Assembly (NCBI GenBank): GCA_050084985.1
Contig: JBITNC010000001.1
Span: 167,276,001-167,340,000, forward strand
Reading direction: 5' to 3'
Origin: Nageia nagi
Lineage: Eukaryota > Plantae > Pinophyta
Length of the DNA stretch: 64,000 nt
The notes beneath the pieces are model-generated. The model did not search any database. It saw nothing but the letters and a program-made list of their open reading frames with translations, and was not told the origin of the DNA. Numbering within the stretch: position 1 is the stretch's first letter; each line of letters opens with the position of its first letter. The translations under genes were made by a program, and so were the position numbers. Shown in pieces: positions 12,770 to 24,850 of the stretch.

Positions 12770-15700
12770 TGTTGGGATGCTTTTCTTTCCCGCGATGACC
12801 CTCTGAAGATCATGTGTAGGACTTACAAGCCGCCCAACAACATAGTTGGGAATGCATTACCAATTCCCTCGTTTGAAAAGGATTGGGTACCTCCAAGGCT
12901 CTTGTCGAAACACCTACTCAACAACTAAAACGTTATGACGTTGTAGGTATGCTTGCCAAGCGAAATGTTGTGCTTGGGCAAGTGTTTCTGGTCTAGCGAT
13001 AGATAAAGAAAGTGCGGTATCCCTCTTTGGAATCAACCTCAATGGAATGGAATGAGAGGTAGCAATTTGTTAACCAACGTTGTTTTATTTGATGTATAGA
13101 GTTTATTCGAAATATTTGTGTGTGGAATTAACGATTGTATTTGGTTGTGAAAGCATAAATAAAATACTGTAAAGTGAGAGACTACACTTGTGAAACGGAA
13201 ACGGATACTTTGTCAGATACCAAACGAGTCACCACGATGAAGCATTGTCTAAAAAGTTCATCCTTTTTGGATCAGTTTAGGGATTTCATCTAATTCATCC
13301 AGCTTTGCGAACAAACAACTATGTTTGAGTTGTTCCAAAGAGGAGTGGGGAGGAATGCCGATTGCGAGCAATCAAATGGACATGGTGGAAGAATGTGGGA
13401 AGAACAAGAGTTTGGATGTAAACCTCTAGTTCGATGTCATAAAACAAGAAACAGATTGAGAATACCTCATCTAGTGCGTGCTATGAACCAAGCAATTATC
13501 ATAGATTGATTTCCAACACTTTAAAGAATAAAGCAATGATACATTCCCTAAAACTCTCGAGTTTTCAAAGGAAGGATGCAAAAGTGTCAAACAAGCAAAT
13601 GATAATCCTTAAGAAACAATTTACAACACCACAAATAAATAACCAAGCTCGATCTTTGCCTTAACCACTTTGTATTAACTTATAAAAGAGTTGTGCAAGG
13701 ATACATCAGTTTGCTCCTCTTTTACAAAAGTTTCACTTTTTTCACAAAATGAGCCCTAGTGAAAATGAGACCTCATGCCACTTATTTATAAGCAAAATTA
13801 GGTCAAATTTTCAAGTGTTGCCCTAATTTCTAGAAAAACACTAAAATGCTAAATTGAAATTACAATATCATTTAGTGGGAGAACAATACTCATCCCACTA
13901 AAATATGCTTGAAATAAAATATTTACAAAAATTGATGCCCTTTGGATCGAATCTCGAGGCACTTTGCATCAATTTGGCAAAATCTGGAGCTTCGAATTGC
14001 CATTCTGGATCTGTTCGTCCATCTTTTGAGCTCCTTTCTGCAGTCTGGATTTTCCCTTGATGTGATCGTTTTGGCAAGTTTTGTAGGAATTCTGAGAAAA
14101 TTTTATGAAAAGTGAATTTTTGGTCTATTTTTCGAAAAAGATGGGGGGGTTCTAAATTTGGAAAATTTTTAAAAAGTGGATTTGACCCCATGGACGGATG
14201 AAGTATGGGATTTTAAGGTTCTTGGGAAGTTTTGAGAGGATTTGGAGCCTTTTTGCATCGATTTTGAGGGTTTTTCATGAGGGGGCATTTTGGAGGCTCC
14301 ATAAGGTATTTTTGCATTTTTGGAGTTTTCCACTCATTCCCAATGTTGAGAAGAAAGGCCAAAGGTGGGAAACATGGAAAATGAGTGCCTAGGCATTTTG
14401 GGCATGATTTTCCTCTTTTTTCAAAAATTTCAAAGGCCAAAGTGCTTGAATCCTTATTCCACACATGATCTCCAATTTTTTTTTTTGAAAAAGTGAAGAT
14501 TTTCAGCCTTTAGATCTTGGATCTTGAGAATTTTTTGTGTTTTTCTTCACTTGTTTGGATCCAAATCACTTCTCTTCACAATGGAAATGGGTACCCAAAT
14601 CAATCATCAAAATTGATTTCTAAAATTTTGGATCTTGAGTCACAATTTTGAAGATTTGAGTTTTCTCGTCTTTTCAACTTTTTTTCTGATTTTCTTCACT
14701 TTGGGAGGGCAAATTCATGATTGGAGTTTTTCTTGTCCAAATCATGCACTTGGGAGACCAAAATCGTGTAGAATTGAATTTTACACCCCATGAAGCTCAC
14801 AAATTCCACTTTTGACAAGTTTTAAGTCCCTTTGATGCTAGGCGCAGGTTTTAGGAGTTTTAGGGAAGTTTTGAAAAAATGGGATTTTGAGGGAAAACTC
14901 TTAAAACTCCCCCCTAACTTTTTGGGAGGAAAAATTTGATTTTTTTGCAACATTGCAAGAGGCAATGTTGGTCTCCTTTGAATTTTGCACCCTACCTCAC
15001 TCTCCTTTTTTGATTTGGCCAATTTTGGAAAATTTAGAAAATTTTGGAGCTCTCTCATTGGCCAATCAAATTTTGATGATTTGAGGAAGTAGATCTCATT
15101 TTTTTGGAAAACTCAAATCATCAAACTTGTGAGAAATCCCATCCTATACCCCATGAAGATAAAAAAATTTATTTTTTTACAATTTTGGGGCACAAGAAGG
15201 GTAGGCGCAGGTTTTAAGGTGTTTATGCCGTTTTTGAAATTTAACAAAACATGGGAAACATGCCAAAGCCAGCGCCTAGCTTTTTAAGGGGTATTTTTTG
15301 ATTTTTTTTCGAAAATTCCAAGAGGCAAAGTGCCTAAAATTGGGTTTGGCACCTTACCTCATCCTTGGATTTTTATTTTTGCATTTTTGAAATTTTGGAA
15401 AAAATGGAGCATTCCTATTGGCTGTCCTTTTGCTCATTTTCCATTTTTCTCACTTTTGGTGGAGCAAAACTCATCGAAATCGTGAACTTGAAAGACCAAT
15501 TTGATGTAGAATTGCGATCCCCACGCTTCTGAGCTCAAAAATCGCCATTTCGGATCAATCTGGGCCCTCCAAAAGGTAGGTGCAGGTTTTCAAGAGAATA
15601 GGCCATTTTTCAAAATTTGAGTGAGGGAAAACTCGTAAAACTTCCCCCTAACTTTTCGGGGGTCAAAACTCTAGTTTCTTCAAAATTTCCAAGAGTAGAG

Positions 15701-16734
15701 TGGCCTTAATTTTTCATTTGGCACCACACCTCTCTCTCAGATTTTCATTTCAAGCACTTTGAAAAAACTCACTTTTCGGGCTCAACTTGAAGCTTCTTGG
15801 ATGCCAAAATGCTCGTTTTTTTATTTTACCCCTCAAAGGTGCTCAAACTTGCTTTCCTCATTCATCCCGGGCTATATTGCACATTCCCAACCTTTCCTAA
15901 CCTTTATGGGCTCAAACGGTGTATTTTAGACCATTTTCAGCATTTTCGGGCTTTAAGTATGAGTTTCAACCATTTCTGGCTTTTCCGAACACTTCTGAGC
16001 TTGAATGGTGAGAAAATGATCATTTCTGGCATTTTCGGCATATCGAGCTCAAAGTTTACATCTCCAGCTCAAAGTTTACATCTCCGGCCTTTTCGGACTT
16101 CAGATATGCAAAAATGCTCATTTTCGGGCATTTTGAGCTCAATCTTGCAATTTTGGTCAATTCTGAGCTTTCAAATTGTGCAAAAACGTACATTTCTATT
16201 ACACTGACCACTCCCAAGCTCAAAATTGACCAAAGCGCGTTTTTCTGTGCTACCGATCATTTTCTGGCTCTCCGGGCTCAAAATTGACAAAAACACGCTT
16301 TTTGGTTGTAGATGCCCTTTCCAGGCTCAATTTGTACAAAAATGCACATTTTTCGTTATCTTAACTGTATCCATTGCTCTCGGGCTCAAACTTGACGAAA
16401 AATGCACCTTTGGTCAACTTGGCACCGCTATTGCTCAATCTTGCCAAGACATGCCCATCCTCGTTGACTGCACTCTAGACCCAAAAATCCGTGCTCTGAT
16501 GCTATCTCTTAGATCCTAGCTCCTTGGCTCCAAAATTGGTGACTGGATACTCTGATGCTCTTCGGGGTCTTCGTTGCAAAATCTCCTTGAATTGCTCCCT
16601 AATATCATGTTTGCACTTTTCAGAATGAACTATCCGTCGCCAAAAGCCAACCTCAAGGCAATGCACCTCATTGCCTTTGCAAAAATAGGGTTGCCAAAAT
16701 GCTGCATCTTGGGGTGTGTTGTGCAGGCACAACA
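12770..16734 (-). mobile_element. Solo LTR-A (3,965 bp), Gypsy-type large-LTR family
   Basis: Termini TGTTGTGCCTGCACAACACACCCC...GGAAAGAAAAGCATCCCAACA (minus). 5-bp TSD GAATC (12765-12769)/TAATC (16735-16739), one mismatch. TATAAATA at 13783-13790. U3 has ~365-375 bp sub-repeats. Confidence 0.88.
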
Positions 16735-16739
16735 TAATC

Positions 16740-16882
16740 CATGTTGAAAAGTCTAGAGAGTAGTATGTATCTGTATTTCTAGTAAGCAATTTGTGTTCAT
16801 AAGAGTATTTTTGATATTATCAAAAATGTAGGTGTATTTTGGATATTCTCTAAAATTACAGGGGTATTTTAGATATTTTCCC
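16740..16882. mobile_element. Possible Mutator-like terminal segment; with 12263-12769 it forms the host sequence of LTR-A
   Basis: Three sub-repeats GTATTTT(T/G/A)GATATT ending ...GGGGTATTTTAGATATTTTCCC, similar to plant MULE TIR ends. No partner TIR or TSD found. Confidence 0.3.
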
Positions 16883-18790
16883 TAGAGAAAAGCAGCAAAG
16901 CAGCAATCAAAATAGGTAAAAGGGAACACACCCACTTTTGATTCTGCACTGACCCCCAACACTTCATTCTTAAGCCAACAGAACCATGTCAACTGCTGCA
17001 ACAAGCTATCAGTTATAACAGATATCACAGAAATCAGGCACCAGCAACCTCAACTCTGGAAATATCCCTAGCATAATCGGCAGTGAAAAACCATTGCATC
17101 TGAATCCCACAATCAGATTCAAGGGGCTCATTCCTGCTTATAAGAAAACCTCCCTTGCACAATAATCTACAGACATCCAAAGATGACAAGCAATCTTACC
17201 ACAACTCAGTAGTGCCATAATAAAGGATCTCGTTCCCAGGCCAAAAGATTGGAAATTTTGGTCCATTGCAACCAAGAGTAGGGTGAACTGATCAGTAAAG
17301 GAAAACAAAGCCCTCATCTCACTCTAAGAAGACATATAAACAGGTCAAATCAAATTCTTTCGTTCGTTTCACAATATCACACATGAAAAGATACCACTAG
17401 GCAAGCACAGAACAATAGAACATCTCAGTAGAAGCCTAGAAAACAGCCATAAGTACCTAAGGGCCAAATTTAGCAAATTCACACCATTGTCACAACTCAC
17501 ATCCTTAACAAACCAGTAAATTTGAAACCAGAGAATACGATTTCTCAACTCCTTCCACTCAGCCATTAACTGTAACAGTTGGCATTAACAGAAAGAATGA
17601 AAGTAAACAATATATACCATTTAAATAGATCTCATTAATAGACCATGCCATACAAAAACAATAGATTCCGTTGCCCAGACCACAGGATAGCAAAGCACAA
17701 TTTATAGGACATCAGGCCCTAACCCATGATTATTCAGGCATATACATCCTCGAGTTAGGGGGAGGAGCAAAAAGCAAAAATGGCTAAAGATAAAACCCTT
17801 ATGAGCTCTAACCATACTTGCATTGAAAAAGAGTTTAAGCTATTCATAGAAAGTTCTATGCTAATCACAATGCCAGCTGTATACAAAAAGCATGCAAGAG
17901 CAATTAGGGTTAGAAAGCATATCTAGGGACACACAGTCAGCATTACTCCATGTCCAACGGTAGAACTTCCCAATATCGTATTGTCCTCTATTTCTTTGTC
18001 TGAATCGGAAAATCCCCGTTGAGGGTCCTCAAATCATCATCAAGTTGACCTTGAATGCCAGAGTTAGCTGCAAGATTGGAAAGGCAGCAGCCAATCAAGC
18101 ATTGGGTATCACCCACTTCATCCATCTAGAAATCTAATCGCTTTAGCTTCCTCCCATAGTAGTCCTGAGATCCATTGAGAAGATATTCAGGAACAGAGTC
18201 TGTTGACTTCTCATTCAAGGCGTTTTTTAACAACATTTGCTTTGAGTCTTTGAAGATATCCTTGGCTGCCCAAGCTCCCTTTAGCCACCTGCACGGTTGC
18301 ATCCACATTTGATTCCCACCTTCATCCGCAGCTTCAGCTCATCTGGGGCCCCCAAATTGACATTTGTTCTTAAATTGACCAATATATTCTTCTCCATGCT
18401 TCTTCTTACCTTATGCAGACAAACTCTCACCAGAGTCCTTGCTCCTAAAAGAGCTAACTCCTGCACCAGCTTTCTGTCTTAAACTGTACAGATTTTTTAT
18501 AAATCAAAGGTGCTCAACAAAGACACAAAGTTCGACATTGATATCATTCTGTTGTTAATCCTTAGAAGATTCCAGTAGGAACAGGGATTCTAGCTTTCTT
18601 CTCTTTGTTCCCATCTTCTATTAACTTCCCTTCCAATTCGTTCATAAGATGTGCCCTGGTTTGCAACACTCTTACTCACATCTTCATTGGAACCTGATTC
18701 TGGCTTCATCTTATATAAGATACCAACACAGAATGGGACTAATTTTTCTTGCACCAATGCATGCATCTCAGGACTGTTCCCAATTTCTTA
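16883..18790 (-). other. Unclassified, probably TE-derived (LINE-like?) segment
   Basis: More GC-balanced than the host intron, with broken minus-strand frames. Only weak resemblance to a plant LINE RNase-H-like end (17369-17566). No diagnostic motif. Confidence 0.2.
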
Positions 18791-20620
18791 AGCTGAGGGG
18801 GGAGCAAGATTTGAGAGGTGACTTGATGCACCCTAAATGAGATATTTCTTCTATACTATTAATAAACGAGATGATTTAGTTGAGTTTGTGTTTCCCTTAA
18901 TGTATCTAATGGCATTATTATTTATTTCTGGTGATAGATAAACAAAGAGTTGAGTGTACATAGTTTTGTTTTGCATGACGATGAATGCAACTTGGTGATA
19001 TGTAATATTGAAAAAGAAAAATGACGTTGATCTATAGTGAATCATGTATACTATGTTTATATTTTATAAATGAAGGTTCGGAAGTTACAGGAAACATTCC
19101 TGTTTGTCTATATCGGTTGGAAGATTATCTTATAAGTGCTGTAACAGCATGTATAGGTTAGTCAGCTCTCTCCGACTGTTAGGTAACGGATCTGACCATA
19201 GTGCATCTGGTGGCCAGCACTCTCCGATCACGAGGGAGAGAGGTTGAATGTCTGACCATGAGATCAAGAGGCTGGCTCTCTGATCCTGATGTGGAGAGAT
19301 CCTTATACCATAAGGTAGTTGTCTTATGCTTCCCATGGACCAAGCCACCAGGCCTAATGCTAGATTTTATAAGGGTATTGTTGGGGTGTTTTTCTTTTCC
19401 GCCTTGGAGTAGTGAGAAAAATGCCAACATTTTAGGTGGAGGGACATTACTCCCTCCCGCTATGGGGATTGGTTACCCCAAAGGTTAGCTTCACAACTTG
19501 GTGAGGATAACCCAGAGAATGCCTGAGATGTTTAAAGCTGCCACCAACATGAATATCATGTGTGGATTCAAGGACTTGGATCATCTTTATAGCAAGTCTA
19601 AGTTGTTTCTGGAAAATGGTAAAGGGAAATAATGGGTGCAAAAATCACGAAAAAAAGTGTGAAATAAAAGAAATGAAAAATTGGTGGAAAGACTGTCGGT
19701 GGTAGGATGTAACTACAGGCATGTGGGCTCACGGGTTTGGGATAAGGTCCTCAAGAGTTGACTTGCTGGGTCTTGGCGTAGGTTCCACGCACCCCTCAAT
19801 CCGTTCCACTAGCCAACAACATGAATGGTCTAGTGGAAGGAGTGTGAAGTTGTGGCAAGGATGGAATGAGGGCAAGACTCAACGATCCAGGTGAAGTTCC
19901 TACTATTAACGACATCAACAAGACATCTTGAGGTATCCAAACGTAAGATTGCAAATGACAAAATATCACAAACAATATGCTAATCAACCACTTCATAAGA
20001 TATACAAGCACTCTCTTGTCCACTCCACATGGAATTTACAGGATGCACCAAGTGATGTAAATTAATACAAAACAGTGATAGAGCAAACTAGACAGCACTG
20101 CCAATCATTAATTCAAATTTGGCATTGCAACATGAGAAGCATTTCATCATAATTACATATACATACACCACATTTAACAACTTAGAGAATTTTGGTCTAG
20201 CACGCAAAGTTCTTTTCCATTGTTAAAGTGTCAATCCCCCCTTACAAATGAGTCAAAATGGGGTATAAATAGTTTTTGGAGCAACCACTGTGTTGCCCTA
20301 ACCCTACTTACGAGTTTCAAAAAAAATAAAAAGCAGTCCAATAAGAATATACCACATGACATTACAAGATTCATTCCAACACTTGTGGGAGCAAATCCTC
20401 ATCCGTCACAAGGCTGTACAAAATTTAATGAGTTCTTGAAATCCAATTTTGAAATAAAATTGCAATAAATAAAATAAAAGCTAATTGTTGCGCTTGCAAC
20501 ATCCCACCTTAATGACCCTCGGGTTTATTCCAGTTGGTCCATCTTCTCTGTCTCTATTGCACTAAGCCTAAGGACTTCATCACTAGCTTGTTGAGGGTAC
20601 CCTTGTCCGCCTGCGGCTAC

Positions 20621-21043
20621 CTAGTCTTGAAGGAGATTTGGATTGGAAGGTGTGCGCTTTCCTTTGAGGCTTAGCTTCCCCTGCCTCTCTTCTAGCTCCT
20701 TGGCAAGCTTGGTGATATCTCTGATCCACTCTACCCTAGTAGTCTTGACTTCATCAGTTTCAATGTTTAGGGTACATTCCTCCAAGCCTTGTGGCTTCTT
20801 TGGGTCTTTGTTTAAGGCAACTTTGGTGACAGAAAGTGTATTGTTCACCTTGAACACAAATCTACTCACATAATGAGCGTCTGTAGATTCGTCTCTTGCT
20901 CGTAGGCTAGGATTTTGGTGCAGTGATCTTATTAAGGTTGCGATGTCAACGTTGTGCTTATATCTTGGCGAGGCATTGCCAGTGGTCATGCCTTTCCTTG
21001 TCTCACCTTCTTGCTTTGGTGCTTTGGGGTTTGGTTCGGCCAT
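20621..21043 (-). CDS. Uncharacterised LTR-internal ORF, 140 aa from ATG (31 further in-frame codons after the TAG, to TAA at 20525-20527)
   Basis: First ATG (AGAATGG) about 50 nt after the TATA/Inr of LTR-C, in LTR sense orientation. MAEPNPKAPKQEGETRK..EWIRDITKLAKELEERQGKLSL. No family recognised. Confidence 0.5.
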   Translation of the reverse strand: MAEPNPKAPKQEGETRKGMTTGNASPRYKHNVDIATLIRSLHQNPSLRARDESTDAHYVSRFVFKVNNTLSVTKVALNKDPKKPQGLEECTLNIETDEVKTTRVEWIRDITKLAKELEERQGKLSLKGKRTPSNPNLLQD

Positions 21044-21210
21044 TCTGGTGCACAAGTTGAGGAGCAAGACAATCTAAGTTTGAGAAAATGAGCTCCCTAG
21101 GTTGGTGTTTATAGGCAAATTTTGGTCTCCACGAAACCCTAGTCGGCTAGGCATGAGAGGAATTGATCTTGATCATCCAGATGGCCGACCTCTGGGGCTC
21201 TTCCAGGGCT

Positions 21211-22171
21211 AGTGCATGCCCAGAAAAGACAAGATTTTGTCTTTCTGGAGCATGCACTCAACCTAAGGATGCATGCTCTTCCTCCATCATTTTCTTGTGT
21301 TCCCCACTCGTCTGTCTCGACTCTTCATGCTCAAAATGAAACCTGAACTCGCCCGTTTTGCCCTTTCTAGTGTCGCAACTTGTCGATTTTGCCCAACGAA
21401 CTGACCCAGAGGCTCCTCCATGCTTGGTACATGATTTCAAAAGACAAGATTGTCTTTTTGAAATGCACTCCAACTCCTCCGGCTGTTCCAGTCTGGGTGC
21501 ATGGTCCAAAAGTTAGGATTTTGTCTTCCTGAGGCATGCACTGGGTTGCATGTGGCCAAATTTGCTTCGTTTTGGTCTTCTGCTCCTTGGACTTAGCCAA
21601 ATTTTCAAGTTCACCCCGTCTTGGTGTCTTCCCAGGCTTTGTGCATGCTCCCAAAAGTCAAGAATTTGTCTTTTTGAGGCATGCGCCAGCCCCTCTAGTC
21701 ATGCTGGAGCGAGATATGAGCATCAAAACTCCATGCCTTAGCAAAATTTCATGTTTCAGCCCAATTGGATGCCTTCCTGGGTTTGGTGCATGCTCCCAAA
21801 AGACAAGATTTTGTCTTTTTGAGCATGCGCTAGCCCCGTGGATGAGTACACTTTGTCTTTCTAGGTCTCAAGTCCATCCTAGCGGCCTCCTAACTTGGGC
21901 GCATGCTCCCTAAAGACAAAATTTTGCCTTTTTGAGGCATGCACCAGCCTTGAAATGCACTAAGTCACTGTTTTCGGACCTTCATTTTGTCTTGGGCATC
22001 CTTTCGGGCCTGGCTTATGCCCATAAAGACAAGATTATGTCTTTTGGGAGCATGCGTTGGGTCCAGGAGTGACCCAGTTTGCTCTTTTGGACTTGAACTC
22101 CAAATTGGGCGTCTTCCTGACCCGAGTGCACATCCTAGAAAGACAAAATTTTGTCTTCCTAGAGCATGCGC
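21211..22171. repeat. Array of 8 palindromic ~45-bp units separated by divergent spacers (U3 of LTR-C)
   Basis: Core GTGCATGCTCCCAAAAGACAAGATTTTGTCTTTTTGAG(G)CATGC at ~21211, 21426, 21497, 21641, 21785, 21899, 22013, 22126. Confidence 0.92.
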
Positions 22172-22708
22172 TAGGCCTAAGAGTGGCCCAAACTCACTTT
22201 GCTTGGTTCCGACTCGACACAAGTTTCCTAGTTTTACCTAAACTCAACTTATATTTTCCATACTTAGCCAATTTTTGAGGGTTTTAGCTTTTCATCATGA
22301 CACGACCAAGATTGGGCGGTTGGGCTCACTTAGGTGATGGGAAGATACATGTGGTTTCTGGTCAGTCGGGGACAAGAAGGGATTGTGCCAACTTGCTGTC
22401 ACATGAGTGTAAGTTGTGGAGGGCCCCCAAAATTACTAAATTTTGGGGTGAGTTGTGTAGGGCACAACAGGTATGTATTGCTCTTACTTCCCTACATCCT
22501 TTTAACTTTAGAGAAAGAGACAACATTTGGTATCCGAGCAAAATCCCTGATCCTTACAGAATTTTGCCTTTCGTTTGAGTTATTTCTTTTTCCCAACTCC
22601 TTGGCACCAAAAACGCTTCTGCTAACATATTTGAATTTGATTACCTCAAAGTGGTAGCATATTCTATTTAAATATTTTAGTATATTCTATTTAAATAGTT
22701 AGTATTCA

Positions 22709-23198
22709 TGCTTAAATTTAAGATATATATACTTCTTAAAACACAGCATACAAACTATAACAAAAACAGCAGAAATATCAACCAGAAATAACACAAGTTT
22801 AATGTGGAAAACCCTGCTGTAAGCAGGGAAAAATCACAGGACAAATGGCAGATTCAATCTTTATTAATCTCGAACTTTTCACTTTTCTCACACTATCAAC
22901 TTTTAAGGTCTCATTCCCTCTTTATAGAAAACCATGTAGCCGATCTTTAGATAGCGTCTATTAATAGAACATTTATTTACAAAGCGTCTAATAATAGAAC
23001 AACAGTACATCTAGTAATAGAACAACAATACATCTAATAATAGAACAGATGTACATCTATTAGTAGAACAATGATACGTTTAATAATAGAACAACAGTTC
23101 ATCTATTAATAGAAAAACAATACATATATTAATAGAACAACATGCACTACCCTACTGTGGAACATTGAAGATCTGTATATTGATTTCACCTCCTAACA
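22709..23198 (-). mobile_element. Small solo LTR (~490 bp), Copia-like
   Basis: TG(22709)...CTAACA(23198); candidate TSD ATTCA/ATACA. U5-like GGGTTTTCCACATTAAACTTGTG on minus. TATAAA on minus at ~22921-22926. Confidence 0.55.
22957..23140. repeat. ~23-bp tandem repeat (~8 copies) with palindromic core TCTATTAATAGA
   Basis: Unit approximately TCTA(T/A)TAATAGAACAACA(G/A)TACA, within the U3 of the small LTR. Confidence 0.9.
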
Positions 23199-23499
23199 AT
23201 ACATACATACACAAACGCACAAGAAACTGAAGTTTTTCAAACTTACTTGATCAAAGTATATGTAGTTGCAGCCCAAAGCATCAACAAACTCATGACTATC
23301 TAGCAATTTTGTTGGGCCATTGATACTGTCCGTAAATCTCAGCATCAAAGTTTTGCATTACCACTATGAAGGCTCTTATGCGCACGATCTCCAACATTGC
23401 AATCCAATACCTGGAAAGAGAGCAAAATTAGGTGTCTACAGATCGTACTATTATTTACAAGTAAATCTAGCTAAATTATTAATCCCTATGTTCATTAAC

Positions 23500-24850
23500 T
23501 GACTATCCATGTGATAAGACTAGAGCCAATAAAATTAGAGATATATGTGTGGTTATGCAAGGGTCATAGGACTTTTCATAAAATATTTACCATGCAGCCT
23601 ACGTTGGAAACAAAATTCTTAATCTGCTTCCTAAGATGTTGATATGGATTGTAAGAGCTCCCTTAATCATCAAGGAAGCAGTGGTAATTCATCTTAATGG
23701 ACCTGTACTATCGAGACAATTGGCCTAGCATTACCTTTTGTGTCTTTCTTCTAAATTTTCTTTCTTCTATTCATAGACGATTGTACCCAGATCGTCAATT
23801 TTTGTGTGTCAACTAGAGTGGCTTACTCCATTTGCACTTGGTTGATGCTTGTGGTTCTGTTTGTGGCAATACTAGTCATTATGGTCTCCAGACCTGCGCC
23901 AAAAACACATTGATGTTGTGTTTTGTTGGTTTGTAGATCTTCAGCAAATTGCTCCCTTTCACTACATTTGCAGTACAAGGTTGTTGAACGGCCATTCACA
24001 TCAGTTTATGTTGTCACCTCACTAGTTGTCAACCATACCAAGAATTTCTAAAGCATCAATTGTATTCACCTCAGTTGGCAGAACTACTTGGTTGTGTTTT
24101 GCCTTCAGTGTTAGATGTGCATTCTACTTGCAGAAGTTGCTTTTTTAGGACAGTTGGCATTGTAGGGTTCAATAGGAGTCATTTCTTTTAAGAATAAGCC
24201 TACGCACCTGAACATCCTTGGCCATCTTTGTGCTTGCACTAGTTTTATTCTTGCTTCTATGTTCTTTTCCTGGTTATAGGCTTTTTCATATAATGTGGGG
24301 GTAGAATTTACAATTCTAACCTTTACTTTTGCAATAAACCTTCTGTGAACCATCTCCTTTTCATTGAATGAATTGAAGCCTTTTTTATTTTACCAATTAA
24401 TTCCTTTATACATTGGTTAAATGCACTGACTGAAGGATACTTTCTTTATGTTGAATTATAAACTTTTGCATTATTTTCTTACCCTAGTCAACTACAACTA
24501 GCATCTTTCAATGTCGTTTGACATGACTCAAGTACATTCGCTTCATTTATCTATCTATCAATGATTAATATGGTTTCACAATTATTGCGATTGTTGACCA
24601 GGTCTTGGTAGTTGTCACCTGTGAATATATGCAACTTCTCTTGGTCTATAGGTGATGTCAAATTTGCCATGAAATCAAGTAGTTGTCACTTTGCCCCTTT
24701 TTTTATCCAATGGGTCTAATCTAATTTCTGTTTAACTAAGGTGGAGCGACATCAAATCAAATAGATCGCTTAATCCATTCGTAGAGTGCACCATCCATCC
24801 TGATATGTGGAGAAGCAACATGAAATGTAGAAACAAGGAGCAAGAGGTTT
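23500..24850 (-). mobile_element. Degraded Gypsy gag remnant
   Basis: Frameshifted WFTEGL / PTLYEKAYNQEKNIEARIK (24111-24360) resembles the C-terminal part of retrotransposon gag; boundaries approximate. Confidence 0.4.

Larger units (their letters stand above)
19379..22469 (-). mobile_element. Solo LTR-C (3,091 bp), related to LTR-A/B
   Basis: Termini TGTTGTGCCCTACACAACTCACCCC...GGAAAAGAAAAACACCCCAACA (minus). Perfect 5-bp TSD GGTAT (19374-19378 / 22470-22474). TATAAACA at 21106-21113. Confidence 0.92.
18820..22539 (+). mobile_element. LTR plus PBS of a tRNA-iMet-primed element, split by LTR-C (left boundary uncertain)
   Basis: ...GAGACAACA (ends 22525) TT TGGTATCCGAGC (22528-22539) reads as an LTR end plus PBS. 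The sequence is continuous across the GGTAT TSD of LTR-C. A purine tract GAGGGGGAG lies at ~18796-18804. Confidence 0.55.

Noticed and set aside
13898-16519. Numerous 60-136 aa Phe/Leu/Lys-rich ORFs in LTR-A (and likewise in LTR-B and the LTR-C array)
   Set aside because: Many have non-ATG starts, they overlap on both strands, and their composition reflects A/T tracts and repeats. No domain motifs.
16860-16885. Helitron 3' end (..CTAG)
   Set aside because: No GC-rich hairpin upstream, and the CTAG is not followed by T
21211-22171. CRISPR-array interpretation of the palindromic repeat/spacer pattern
   Set aside because: Eukaryotic LTR context, no cas genes, degenerate repeats, and spacers of very unequal length that are partly homologous to each other
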